A program made the translations under genes and the position numbers. Source: a virus. Taken from it: DNA of 64,000 nt. Within the stretch, counting starts at the first letter, position 1, and each line of letters starts with the position of its first letter. Positions 36,060 through 46,437 of the stretch are shown here, in pieces. The stretch is from the IMG/VR virus record IMGVR_UViG_3300042894_002524, positions 1-64,000 of that record. One strand, 5' to 3'. The notes under the pieces are model-generated. The model did not search any database and was not told where the DNA came from. It saw only the letters and a program-made list of their open reading frames with translations.

Positions 36060-36300
36060 TGGATTCCTTTTTGGACTTCTTCCATGTCTTTAACAGAAAC
36101 TCAAACTCTGAGATTCCACCATTGATACCATAGAATTCATCCGATTCCCAAGCTGAAAGAAAGCACTCTCTACGAACCGAGCAACGAGAACAACCTTGTT
36201 TTGCATAAGCAATGTCGTCTTTATCATAAGACCACCAAGTGTACTGTTTAGGATCGCTCGCACAGAGTGCATTTCTCTTCCAGTTACTTGCTAGTGCCAT
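36001..36300 (-). CDS. whiB: Divergent WhiB-family protein
   Basis: WKRNALC...AKQGCSRCSVRREC...YGINGG; likely start MALAS. Confidence 0.8.
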   Translation of the reverse strand: MALASNWKRNALCASDPKQYTWWSYDKDDIAYAKQGCSRCSVRRECFLSAWESDEFYGINGGISEFEFLLKTWKKSKKESNVNWKRTDRDLQRIMREIA

Positions 36301-36490
36301 TATCCAGTTCTTGGAGTTTCGCTTCAATCTGAGCATCAATGGATGCCCATAGTTTCTCCCAAGCCTTCTCATCCTCTGTGGATGAAGCTTTGGTTCTTGC
36401 ACCGGCATCTAGCCTAAGTGATTCGTAGTTGCCAAGATTTTTGGTAACACCGATAGATGCCCAAATTTCAATTTCATTTTCCTGAGACAT
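36284..36490 (-). CDS. Conserved-type small phage protein
   Basis: G.TKNLGNYESLRLD. Confidence 0.75.
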   Translation of the reverse strand: MSQENEIEIWASIGVTKNLGNYESLRLDAGARTKASSTEDEKAWEKLWASIDAQIEAKLQELDNGTSK

Positions 36491-36932
36491 AACGCTCCTT
36501 TGTTGTTAACTTAACTTTATTGTTTAGTGTTTTTATTTTATTATCAATGCTGATACCAGCATCGTTCGTTGGTCTACCCGGATTTCTGGAGCTAAAAAAC
36601 TCCACCATCTGATAAACATCGTCTTCATTATAGTACCGCCAAGAGGAATACGCACCGTATTCAGAACCAAATTTTTCTGCACTTGGTATCAACCCTCTCT
36701 TTTCGTACTTCCGTATTGTATCGGGTCTTCTTTCAACAATCTTAGCAACTTCACCAACAGTATAAATACGCTTTAAAAGAAGCTCATTTTGTTGGAATGG
36801 AATAACAACCCTAGAATCATCAATAAGCTTTTCAACATAAATCTTATTTACAGATTTATTTATTTTCTTGATTTTAACGATAGTCCCGGAATACAAATAG
36901 AATTTATTTTGAATCAGTTTTGCTGTTAGCAT
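36474..36932 (-). CDS. MerR-like HTH DNA-binding protein
   Basis: YTVGEVAKIV....DTIRKYEKRGLIP......WRYY.EDD. Confidence 0.88.
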   Translation of the reverse strand: MLTAKLIQNKFYLYSGTIVKIKKINKSVNKIYVEKLIDDSRVVIPFQQNELLLKRIYTVGEVAKIVERRPDTIRKYEKRGLIPSAEKFGSEYGAYSSWRYYNEDDVYQMVEFFSSRNPGRPTNDAGISIDNKIKTLNNKVKLTTKERYVSGK

Positions 36933-36969
36933 CTCTTACTCTCTATATTCATTTCTATAAACTTAATTA

Positions 36970-38163
36970 TCAATCCAACCAGCAAGTGTACTCTGCTGTG
37001 ACAATACCCTTCTCGGGGTGAACAAACATCAAAGGCTGTGAAGCTTGACCAACAGCTCCTAGAACCTCAATAGCATAAGTGTTAGTTGATTCTGGACTAC
37101 CAGAAATACGACACTGCACTGTATTAAATGTCATCTTTGTTGGAGTATGGAAGTGTCCAAAGTAAACATCATTGAACTCATCAATAAGATTCCCATCATT
37201 ATCTTTGCGTTCAATTCCTCCAATCTTCCATCCATAAACTTTCTTCTGAAAAGAATAGAATGACGAAAGACTACCGAACTGATCTCCATGTATAAGCAAT
37301 GACTTATACTTGCCAATTGAATCAATCGCATACCAATGGCGTTCACCACGACCATCCGGAATATTAAAAGAGATACGCTTTTCTCCGTCAAACATCAGTT
37401 CAACAATACGATAAAGCATTCTGTCAGCATTGGTTTCTGGGTCATGATCACGCCTTGCACGACCACCAATGGAACCATGATTACCAATGACCCCGACAAA
37501 TGTAACCTTCTCAAAGTTGGCAAGCATCTTCGTAATAAAGTTCTTCATGATTCTTGGACCATCAACAGTAATTTGACGATACAAACCACCATCTACAAGG
37601 AAGCTTTGTCCGGGAAAGATTAGCTCACCCTCAACAATGTCTCCCAGTGCCCAAATGCGAATTTCACGCACAGGATGGTCTTGTCTTTGAATCTCAGTGA
37701 GGTGAATAATCTTGTCTGCGTACTGGTCAATTCTGCGTTCACAGACTTCAGTGTTATAGTCAGGAGTAACCTTAGCCAATTGCCAGTCTGCGATGACAGC
37801 GACTGCAACCTCCTCAGTGCCCTTCCTACGGTCAGCAGGGGGTTTTGGAATAGGGACATACTTGTAGTCAGACAATCCTTCTTTAACCGCTCTGAACACG
37901 GCATTGGCAAGATGATCTTCCTTTGTCTTAATCTTCTCATATTCCTGAAGAAGCTTCGTATAGCTAATCTTCAATTCTGTTTCTGTTTGGGGTTCCCCCC
38001 CTGTTAATGCATCTTTAGGCATTGGAACTAATCCATTCTCTTTTCTATATTTACAAAGACCCATTGTGTCGATTGATTTTCTACACGATGCGTCTGCATA
38101 CTTTTGATTTGCCGTATTGGGTTCAAACTCCAATGGGCATCCTTCGGTTTCACAAATTTTCAT
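36970..38163 (-). CDS. Calcineurin-like metallophosphoesterase with N-terminal Zn ribbon and coiled coil
   Basis: IADWQ; LGDIVEG; GNHG; IHGD; GHFH; likely leaderless start MKIC, 7 nt after TACAAT. Confidence 0.88.
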   Translation of the reverse strand: MKICETEGCPLEFEPNTANQKYADASCRKSIDTMGLCKYRKENGLVPMPKDALTGGEPQTETELKISYTKLLQEYEKIKTKEDHLANAVFRAVKEGLSDYKYVPIPKPPADRRKGTEEVAVAVIADWQLAKVTPDYNTEVCERRIDQYADKIIHLTEIQRQDHPVREIRIWALGDIVEGELIFPGQSFLVDGGLYRQITVDGPRIMKNFITKMLANFEKVTFVGVIGNHGSIGGRARRDHDPETNADRMLYRIVELMFDGEKRISFNIPDGRGERHWYAIDSIGKYKSLLIHGDQFGSLSSFYSFQKKVYGWKIGGIERKDNDGNLIDEFNDVYFGHFHTPTKMTFNTVQCRISGSPESTNTYAIEVLGAVGQASQPLMFVHPEKGIVTAEYTCWLD

Positions 38164-38195
38164 AAGGATAATTGTACACGCAAAGAATGCGTTTT

Positions 38196-38636
38196 TCACT
38201 CAAAATTGTTTTTTTTTGGTCGGGCATCAAAACGAGGTTTCAAGCTCTTCTTTACAACCTTTTTTCTTTGTTTCATATTGGCTCGTAGCTTATCACGATG
38301 ATCCTGAGTTGGGCGCTTTCCTTCTCTATGAATTGCACTATGTTCAGGGTGTGTACAAAGAAACAAATTCTCTACACGATTATCACTTTTAATTTCATTA
38401 ATGTGATGAACTGTTTCCCACGGATTAAGGAATCTACGGAGGTAGTGTTCAATGACTGCACGATGCTCATAGATATAGCCTTTAATATTGGAAGGATGTT
38501 CCGGCATTAAAACTCGGACATAACCTTTATCGTCTATGTATTTTCCACCTGCATAGTTAGGGTTTAAATCACCGACAGATGATCTATCTGTCCAAGGAAT
38601 GTCTTTCCGCTGAGAGGCAAGCGGGCTTGAAGACAT
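38196..38636 (-). CDS. HNH endonuclease (HNH_3-type, homing-like)
   Basis: GYV...HP...GYIYEHR...VHHIN..KSDNRVENL. Confidence 0.9.
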   Translation of the reverse strand: MSSSPLASQRKDIPWTDRSSVGDLNPNYAGGKYIDDKGYVRVLMPEHPSNIKGYIYEHRAVIEHYLRRFLNPWETVHHINEIKSDNRVENLFLCTHPEHSAIHREGKRPTQDHRDKLRANMKQRKKVVKKSLKPRFDARPKKNNFE

Positions 38637-38639
38637 TTG

Positions 38640-39302
38640 TTATACAGACCCTCCGATGTCTTCTGCATAAAACTGCATTCTGGCATCGCTAGTGAGAATC
38701 TGAAAGGTTGGGTTATTGTTCTGAGTGGAACCATCATCTCTTGTGATTCCAATATAGTATCTTTTATTTGTAATACCAGAACTTGTACTGTCAAAAATTG
38801 TTGAGTAAGTTCCTGCACCAATTCTTGTTGCAAACGAAGAGGATTTAAGTTTATGATTTGCAATATTTGCATTAGCAGTATTTGTATCAACAAAAGTAAA
38901 TGGACCAGCTGTTGCTTTCCAAGTTGAAAGAACCACTGGAGCAGCTGTTGTGCCCTCGTTTAGTGTGATTAAGTAAGTTGAATCCTCTGCACCTGCATTC
39001 AGGATACTGATTCCGGGGAATGAAAGAGTAAGTCTATAATAACGGTTAACGCCAACATTAACAAGGTTATTAACACCAGCACCACCCTCATTCTCCAAGG
39101 AAATAATCTCATGCTCCGTATTGAAGGATGAGTAAGGACCGAATGTTGTACCAGAAATAGTCTTGATCTTGATAATACCCTTGGGGTTGTCATCGGTAGC
39201 GTCTTTAACCTGACCAATATTGGTAGACATCTGACCCAGACGGTCACTTGAGATAGGTGTCCCCGGTGTCCAAGATACAAAGGAATAGTTTTCGTAAGCC
39301 AT
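38640..39302 (-). CDS. Minor tail / virion protein
   Basis: YSFVSW.PGTPISSDRL.QM..N N-terminus; beta-rich; end of tail cluster. Confidence 0.65.
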   Translation of the reverse strand: MAYENYSFVSWTPGTPISSDRLGQMSTNIGQVKDATDDNPKGIIKIKTISGTTFGPYSSFNTEHEIISLENEGGAGVNNLVNVGVNRYYRLTLSFPGISILNAGAEDSTYLITLNEGTTAAPVVLSTWKATAGPFTFVDTNTANANIANHKLKSSSFATRIGAGTYSTIFDSTSSGITNKRYYIGITRDDGSTQNNNPTFQILTSDARMQFYAEDIGGSV

Positions 39303-39311
39303 GTCTACCTA

Positions 39312-41144
39312 TTATACACCTTCTAAGGCTTGTATTCTAGCCTTTAAATCGTCTATTTGGACTTGTTGAATTTTACATGTTTGCAATAGATAAAAAGGAA
39401 TTAATTCACTATTTAGCCCATTAGGAACCCCATCGGAGTAATCAATAAGATCTGTAAGACCAAGGCTGTCAAGTTGTTCAACAATAACACCTAATTGCTT
39501 TTCTTTCTCTGGAGCACCTTCAAAATTCCAATATTCATCTTTATAGTAAAAATTTACAACATCAACATTAAGAAAATTATTTACATCAATATTTGCGTCA
39601 ATAACGCCCTCTTTATATTTCAAAGATGAATGGTTTGGACCAGTAAATAAAGTTCCAGCAGCATTTATATAGATTGGTCTATCAGTAGAAACTCTAGTAA
39701 CTTGTTTATTATAAAGGGTTTCATCTTGATTAATTCTAAAAACATAAGCACCAACACTCCCCGGTGCGCCAACGGCTCCGAATTCGGCATAACCATTTGC
39801 AGCATCAGAATAAACCTGCCCCCCATAACGAAGGTTGTTAGACATATCAATACTAGTTCCAAATAGAGTACCTGTCATTGTGTCTCCAGCTGTAGCAACA
39901 TAGTTGCTATGATTATGAGGATCCGAAGCATAGGGGTGTGAATGAGTATTGGCTTTACCAGCCAATCTAGTTATAAGGGATGTTCCATTAAGAATCACAT
40001 CCTTGGTTGAAACAAAACTTGATACTATTCGTGTTTCATTATAAGATCCATCTGCAGTCCCCAGAACTTTAATTCCCGGTTCCGAACCCATTATGTCAAC
40101 TCTTACATAGTATTCACCAATACCGTAATTAAAATCTTTTCTATAAACCTGTATTTCACCAACAGAATCTAACTTTACATACTGACCATACGAATTATCC
40201 CCAACATAATCTCCAGCGAATAAGTCAGAACCGCTCAACTCTAGACCACCAATTCTTCCGAAATCAGCGTTAATTGTTCCAGTAACATTTGCACCAGTTG
40301 CTGTTAATGCTCCAGCTGCTGAAAGTGTGTAACCACCATTGGTTATTTGACCATTGGAAGCAATGGTTGTAGCTCCAATTGCCATACTGCCATTGGAATA
40401 AAGATATGTTGAACCGCCATATATTCTTGCTGTATCAATTGTCCAACCACCAATTGCTCCTGATCCCGATGTAATTGTTCCAGTAATGTTTGCGTTAGTT
40501 GCTGTGACATTTCCACCAGCAGTTACATTAAAACTGGTGCTACTTATTGCACCAGTATTTGAGATTGTAAGGTTCGGAGTCAATAGAGAGTTTGCAGCAA
40601 CCGAACCACGAATCTTTGATGAATCAAAAACAGCCTCTCCTGCGCTTGTTATAGCCCAACCAACTGTTCCTATGTTTGAAATTGATCCATTAGACTCAAT
40701 AATGCCATTCCAGTTTTGACTTGTGATTCTATTGTTGATCAGAACAATGTTTGATGAAAGCTCATTAGCAGTAATTGTTCCTGCAGAAATCTCAGCTGCA
40801 GTAATTGTGTTAGCAGCAAGCTGATTTGCTGTAATTGTATTAGCAATGATTAATGAGCCATTCAATGACCCCGGCTCTAGGCGGATACCGGCAGGTGCAA
40901 GAACGGAGTTATTAACAACCCTCTTAATTAAATCTTCAAATGCGATTCGGTTATTCTCTTGACGAACAGATCTATCTGGATTTACCTCTGTTCCAACAAA
41001 GGTCGGAGAGAAATCATAAATTGAGTAAGCAGTTGAATCAATTAATGACGAGTTTCTACCGTTATGAGAGTGACCACCAGCAGGGGAGAATACAATTGTG
41101 TTTTCAGAAGCACCAGATGTTGAAGCAATTCTAATTCTTGCCAT
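39312..41144 (-). CDS. Tail fibre/spike with C-terminal intramolecular chaperone (peptidase S74)
   Basis: ANTITA repeats; G.IGGW motifs; SSLKYKE...F.YK...LG.I.E...C-terminal coiled coil. Confidence 0.85.
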   Translation of the reverse strand: MARIRIASTSGASENTIVFSPAGGHSHNGRNSSLIDSTAYSIYDFSPTFVGTEVNPDRSVRQENNRIAFEDLIKRVVNNSVLAPAGIRLEPGSLNGSLIIANTITANQLAANTITAAEISAGTITANELSSNIVLINNRITSQNWNGIIESNGSISNIGTVGWAITSAGEAVFDSSKIRGSVAANSLLTPNLTISNTGAISSTSFNVTAGGNVTATNANITGTITSGSGAIGGWTIDTARIYGGSTYLYSNGSMAIGATTIASNGQITNGGYTLSAAGALTATGANVTGTINADFGRIGGLELSGSDLFAGDYVGDNSYGQYVKLDSVGEIQVYRKDFNYGIGEYYVRVDIMGSEPGIKVLGTADGSYNETRIVSSFVSTKDVILNGTSLITRLAGKANTHSHPYASDPHNHSNYVATAGDTMTGTLFGTSIDMSNNLRYGGQVYSDAANGYAEFGAVGAPGSVGAYVFRINQDETLYNKQVTRVSTDRPIYINAAGTLFTGPNHSSLKYKEGVIDANIDVNNFLNVDVVNFYYKDEYWNFEGAPEKEKQLGVIVEQLDSLGLTDLIDYSDGVPNGLNSELIPFYLLQTCKIQQVQIDDLKARIQALEGV

Positions 41145-44100
41145 TAGACAACCTTCCTTAATGTAATTGAATGATCTAAGGAATCTCCAACACTCATGCT
41201 GTGGGAGACAACCCAGTAATCACTATTAATTATATCAAGTGAATTCATAGAGGTAATGCGAATCTTATCACCCAATTGTAGTTTAGGCATAGCCATTGCG
41301 TTGATATTGATAATAGGGACAGGTTCCGCCAATTTGGAAATCATGAAATTAGCTATTTTTGTAGCGTGTTCTGCATCTGTAATATAAGGATTATCAATTA
41401 CAATTTCCTTTAGACCGTATTTTCTAATGTCTGAAGCAAGTGTTCCGCTCTGCGTCTTAACCTGACTTGCCTGTTCTGTGGTAAGAATCGGTGTACCAGC
41501 AATTGATGTCAATTGGACTTCCCCTGTAAGGGGGTTTGTTCCCTGAAGGTAAGCAAAACTATTTGCCTCAACGGAGTTTGAAGCGACCATAATTAACTCA
41601 GCACCATAAGCCGTTGGCAAGAACCTGTGAATTTCCACAAGGTCTGGGTCTTCATAGCGAATAGCACTGATGAAGGGGCTTTGGATGTCGAAGGCAGGAG
41701 CTTTGTCATATTTGATGTCGTAATATTTAACTTCCCGCACTTTTGCTGCTGTGGTATGTGCAGCAGCAACTGTGTCAAACTGCGCTCTCTCAAGACCATT
41801 GAAAGAATTTGATGTAATCGATGTGTATTTTACAATCTCACTATCAATCTTTAAATAACCGTTCTTCGGGAATGGGGGATTGTCGGTTGTATCAACGATA
41901 ATACTTGTTGAAGATGATGTTGCGTTTGCAGCCAGTGTGACAACACCGAGAGTTGTTGGGTCTTCTGCGTTCCAAAGACCTTGACGACCCTGAAGGATTG
42001 ATGTCAGTCCGGCAATATTCACCGTTACCTTGTTAACTTGAAGCTGAACACTGAAGTCAGCGGATGTGATGTGTGTATCGCCAGAAATTGACGCTTGGAC
42101 ATTTGCGTGTTGATCAATTGAAGACTCAAAGAATCTATTGAAGTGGTCATACCTTGAGTTATCTGTTTCTTCAATATACATACGACCAAAATCAGCCAAA
42201 GAGATAGTGTCAATAATTTCTCTAATACTATTATCATTACCGTACAAGAAAGGGAACACAGTTAATGGTTGAATCTTAGTGGCAATGTATCTATTAGTTA
42301 TTTGCTCTTGACTTAAAAATGTATTGTAAATTGCAAACTCATCAATTACAAAGTTTGCGTATGAAGATGGAGCAGTCTCTCCATAAGGCGTTACATTATC
42401 AACATACTCCGTATAAGAAGAACCTCTACCACCAATTGTAATATCATCTGAAGCCCAAGTAATTGGTGCAGATGCTAGTGCAGTAGAATTTTTAAGAACA
42501 CCATCTACATAGTAATAAACACGAGAACCATCACATGTAACTAAAAGGTGAGAGAAATTTGCGGTTGAGAGAGCTGTTGATGAAGACACCGTGACTAACC
42601 CCGTTGCTGTATATATCTTAAACCCATGAGATGATGATGTATTGAAGAAAGCAAAACCATTGGAGACAGCTCCCGTATTCCAGTTTGACAAGTATTCTCC
42701 GCCACTAGCAAATACGCTAGGAAACTTTGCAAAAATCTCTATTGACCAACGACCAGTATAATTCACACTAGCACTATTTACGATGTCAAGTGATGAGTGG
42801 TAGGGGATTCTTATATAGCTCGTTCCGGTCAAGGATACAGATTTATTGTCCGGTTCAGAGACCAACCCTGTTGGTTGAGCGAGAAGGGGAAGGTTGTTAT
42901 AAATTGCATCATTCTTGTGGTGGTTGGCATTCTTGTTAGAAATCACAGGAGAAGCATCCCTAGAGCCTATTGCGTCAAAGGCTACGATGGTTGCGCAGTC
43001 TGTAGCTGGAACTATTTCGTCAGTACCGCCAATTGATCTCCAGAATTCCAAATCAAACTTTGAGGGTTGAACCAAATCAATCCAAGCTTCTTGGATTGTA
43101 TGAAGGGCTGCAGCATAAATTGAAGCTGCTGTTGTTGCACCTGTTGCAAACTTTCCAAGATGAAAACCGGTTGCAATGTAGTGATTAATTGCAGTTGTGT
43201 TATCAACAATAATTCCATTAACAACTGTTGGTATAACAACTTCATTGGCTCCATCATTAAAACTTATTGAGCGAAGAGTGCTTACTGTTCCATCATCATT
43301 TTCAACAATAGGTCTATTAGTTAAAGTTATGTTACCAGCTGTCTGTAACGAAGCAGATGTTGCGTAAAGTGTTGAGGGAAGACCTGCTGCAACAATCTCA
43401 CCGGATGTCGGATATACCGATGTGTTGAATGTGTGAAAGAATTCGATTCTAATCTTGTAAGGAATACCAGCATCTAAATCAAGATTTTGGGATATAGTGC
43501 TTGATACATCAGTTAATACTCCAACATGATTAAACCATTCATTAATAATTAAATTTTCATCAAAGAATACGCGAACACCGCCATTCTTGACTTTCATAAA
43601 TAACTCTTGAACACCAGATTCGCTTGGAATATAGTATCCATCAATAACACCGTTGTAATAAATATCATTGACCTCACCCCCAAAAGATGTGAACTCGTAA
43701 TCTTCAAGAGATACGGCTGCACCCGCATTTGAATCAACCAGATCCTTTGATAGCGCAACATAGCTGGGGGAGATGAATGCCTTGAGACCAAGAGCTTTGT
43801 CCATATCTGATAATTGTTTATCCATTGCATCAGCAACAATATCTGTTACAAGATATTCTTTACCGCTTGGAATACCCCAGAACCTTGCTCTCAAACCTGT
43901 TGATGGAACAACGACATTGGCTGATCTATCAATTGTTGGTTCATTAAAAGAATACTGAGCAATTGCCCCAATCCTCTTTGGCTCATCAATGTAACGGACA
44001 AGTTGTTTGTAGTCAGCTTGTGGGAAATTACCCATCATCAATAGATTCCCAATAGCATCGCCAGCAGTTGTGGTCTGCAAGAAGAAACCTTTTGTAATTT

Positions 44101-45379
44101 GCTTTTCTGTCAAGAACTTTGATGCGTCATTAGCTTTAATGGAGACCTGCATTGATGAAGAACCTGACCATTCATCAACATAAAATGTCCCGGCATGGAC
44201 ATACTCATATGGGTCAAATGTGACAGTAGCGTTTGCTGAATGGGCTTTTGCAACAGTATTTCCATAACCACGAGATTCAACTGTCAATTGTCTTGTTCCA
44301 GACTTACTGGAGACAAGAACATATTCTTCATCCTGAGTATTAGGGGAAAGAATGATTACAAAAGAATTACCTGCACCACCATCAGGAAAGATATCCCCAT
44401 CTTTAACCATGATTGTTGAAGAGGAATTTGATATTGAACTCAAAAGCTGTGTCGTTGAAATGACATCATCTGTTTTCTTAATCCTCCAACCATTAGCAAT
44501 AGTTATCTTTAAATCTTTTTTCATATAAGGTCCAAATATTGATCCAGAGCTGAACATATTAAATTCTTTATTTGTGTTATCTAGCGTAATGGATGCAGAA
44601 GAAGAACCTGTGCCAGCAATTGGCAAGCTTGTATCATGCAAGTCCCTTGTTCTATCAACTGAATGAGAGATGACATAATCTGTCAAATCAGTTTCATAAA
44701 TAGGAGACACCTCTTGAATCCTTGCATTATCAACAGGGTTCTTTGTTGAGTGAACAAGGACTTTGATTCTATAAACATCTTGTGAAGCAAGGGCTGCTGA
44801 GACCCAATGATCAACAAAATAAGCATCATCAGGCATTGTTCCATCTTCTTGCAGAATCAATGTTAATGTTGAGTTATAAACATATAAAGTATAATCTTTA
44901 ATTCGACCATTGAATTCAGATGTTGCAACCCTAATTCTGTTTACTTTTCTCTGTGTAAAAGTATATTCAACATATGGCTCAGTAACGAAACCATAACCAT
45001 TGTATGTTCCCGATGCGGATGACTGACTTTTATTTGTTGACCACCATCCGTACTTGTAATGATCGTCAAGATTTGTTGGCATTGTGTACCATGTGCCATC
45101 AGCGGTGATTACTTGACCATTAACATCCTTGGAATCACATACACCCCAAGTGAAGCCTTGTCTGTCATTTCCACTCATAGAATTTTGTGGACTGAAGTAG
45201 TAGCTAGAGCTTCTCTCTCCGGCAACATTCGCTGAGTTAGTGGTTGTTGTTAAGTTATCAATATGACGGCTATCCAGCCATTGAATTTTAACTCTAGGTT
45301 TTACTTTTTGAGCGTATGCGCTAATAGCTGTATTGAAAGAATCAGACAGTGTTTTCCCATAAATGTCTTTAGTTAGCAT
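41144..45379 (-). CDS. Large baseplate/minor tail protein with PA14 and LamG (ConA-like) domains
   Basis: 1411 aa; PA14 pattern (DGYY.P...G...VRVFFD...I.EW...L.AG.PY.IRIEF); LamG pattern (WSIE...H...T.DG....YVDG...IDEFAIYN..LS). Confidence 0.8.
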   Translation of the reverse strand: MLTKDIYGKTLSDSFNTAISAYAQKVKPRVKIQWLDSRHIDNLTTTTNSANVAGERSSSYYFSPQNSMSGNDRQGFTWGVCDSKDVNGQVITADGTWYTMPTNLDDHYKYGWWSTNKSQSSASGTYNGYGFVTEPYVEYTFTQRKVNRIRVATSEFNGRIKDYTLYVYNSTLTLILQEDGTMPDDAYFVDHWVSAALASQDVYRIKVLVHSTKNPVDNARIQEVSPIYETDLTDYVISHSVDRTRDLHDTSLPIAGTGSSSASITLDNTNKEFNMFSSGSIFGPYMKKDLKITIANGWRIKKTDDVISTTQLLSSISNSSSTIMVKDGDIFPDGGAGNSFVIILSPNTQDEEYVLVSSKSGTRQLTVESRGYGNTVAKAHSANATVTFDPYEYVHAGTFYVDEWSGSSSMQVSIKANDASKFLTEKQITKGFFLQTTTAGDAIGNLLMMGNFPQADYKQLVRYIDEPKRIGAIAQYSFNEPTIDRSANVVVPSTGLRARFWGIPSGKEYLVTDIVADAMDKQLSDMDKALGLKAFISPSYVALSKDLVDSNAGAAVSLEDYEFTSFGGEVNDIYYNGVIDGYYIPSESGVQELFMKVKNGGVRVFFDENLIINEWFNHVGVLTDVSSTISQNLDLDAGIPYKIRIEFFHTFNTSVYPTSGEIVAAGLPSTLYATSASLQTAGNITLTNRPIVENDDGTVSTLRSISFNDGANEVVIPTVVNGIIVDNTTAINHYIATGFHLGKFATGATTAASIYAAALHTIQEAWIDLVQPSKFDLEFWRSIGGTDEIVPATDCATIVAFDAIGSRDASPVISNKNANHHKNDAIYNNLPLLAQPTGLVSEPDNKSVSLTGTSYIRIPYHSSLDIVNSASVNYTGRWSIEIFAKFPSVFASGGEYLSNWNTGAVSNGFAFFNTSSSHGFKIYTATGLVTVSSSTALSTANFSHLLVTCDGSRVYYYVDGVLKNSTALASAPITWASDDITIGGRGSSYTEYVDNVTPYGETAPSSYANFVIDEFAIYNTFLSQEQITNRYIATKIQPLTVFPFLYGNDNSIREIIDTISLADFGRMYIEETDNSRYDHFNRFFESSIDQHANVQASISGDTHITSADFSVQLQVNKVTVNIAGLTSILQGRQGLWNAEDPTTLGVVTLAANATSSSTSIIVDTTDNPPFPKNGYLKIDSEIVKYTSITSNSFNGLERAQFDTVAAAHTTAAKVREVKYYDIKYDKAPAFDIQSPFISAIRYEDPDLVEIHRFLPTAYGAELIMVASNSVEANSFAYLQGTNPLTGEVQLTSIAGTPILTTEQASQVKTQSGTLASDIRKYGLKEIVIDNPYITDAEHATKIANFMISKLAEPVPIININAMAMPKLQLGDKIRITSMNSLDIINSDYWVVSHSMSVGDSLDHSITLRKVV

Positions 45380-46437
45380 TACACTTCTTCCAATGTCATA
45401 TTACAGTCCCAATAGTATACACCATTAATCAAATCTCTCCTTAACAGGGTTTCTGAATAGTCTTTTATAAAGACCTGATATTGAGTTTCAGTGTATGGAG
45501 TTGTGTTGTTTGAATCATCGTTAATCATCTTGAGAGTGTGAACATCAGGGTCATTAGCAATACCTTTCAGGAAGTCTCTAGCATGTCTTCTGTCAATCGT
45601 GTCCTGTCTGGAGTTAGGAAGGTATGTCCAAGCCAAGGTGAATGTTTTTCTGCCCGCTGAACCCGACCTCTTGTAATACCTTGACTTCTCGTTATTCCAA
45701 TTCTTGTTTTCAATAATAACCTGAGATAAATCACTACTAAATGTACGACCTTGGTTTGTTAATGGACTGCCATCAATTACGAATAATGTTTGATAGTTGG
45801 ATGTATCTATAGCCCCATTTGCTTTAAACCTTATCATGTTAACAAATAGGCTTGGTGTTAAAGTACTGATGCTTGCCGTTGCAAAGTTAATTTTCTTACC
45901 GACTAATACCGTTGTAAGCATGGCGTTAATGGAAACACTTGCTTTTACAATCTCATGGGAATCAGCCAAAACTTCCAATGAGGCATTAATTGATGCAGCA
46001 GCTTTTTTGATTGCCAAACTAGAGACAGCTGTTGATAATTCACCAGATGTAGCGGATAATGCCTTCTGTATCTCAATAGCAGATGCTGATACAGATGAGG
46101 TTGCACTGATGGATATCTCTGCTTTTGCAATCTTCATGGATGAGGGGCTTGCGGAAAGATCAAATGAAGGAGAAGACGATGTAAACGCTATTTTTGTGCC
46201 AGAAGTATTAACATTTGAGTAGACATGAATATCAACTCTTTCGTACTGGAACTCTGTGCCCGAAATTAACAAGTCAGAAGTTATATCAATACTTACCGCA
46301 ATGGTCCGAATTCTTGTTCCAGAAGCTGAGGCTGATAAATCTCCAGATAAAGTAATACCAGTTTGTGAAACAGCAATACCAAAGAAGTCAATACCGAGTT
46401 TTAAGTTCTCGGTAATATGAGTTATATAACCGGGCAT
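45379..46437 (-). CDS. Distal-tail (Dit)-like protein with N-terminal 20-aa repeats
   Basis: C-terminal ~135 aa clearly paralogous to 46437-46832; about eight 20-aa repeats N-terminally. Confidence 0.7.
   Translation of the reverse strand: MPGYITHITENLKLGIDFFGIAVSQTGITLSGDLSASASGTRIRTIAVSIDITSDLLISGTEFQYERVDIHVYSNVNTSGTKIAFTSSSPSFDLSASPSSMKIAKAEISISATSSVSASAIEIQKALSATSGELSTAVSSLAIKKAAASINASLEVLADSHEIVKASVSINAMLTTVLVGKKINFATASISTLTPSLFVNMIRFKANGAIDTSNYQTLFVIDGSPLTNQGRTFSSDLSQVIIENKNWNNEKSRYYKRSGSAGRKTFTLAWTYLPNSRQDTIDRRHARDFLKGIANDPDVHTLKMINDDSNNTTPYTETQYQVFIKDYSETLLRRDLINGVYYWDCNMTLEEV

Noticed and set aside
38640-45379. Diversity-generating retroelement acting on tail proteins
   Set aside because: No reverse transcriptase, and I saw no template/variable repeat pair differing at adenines.
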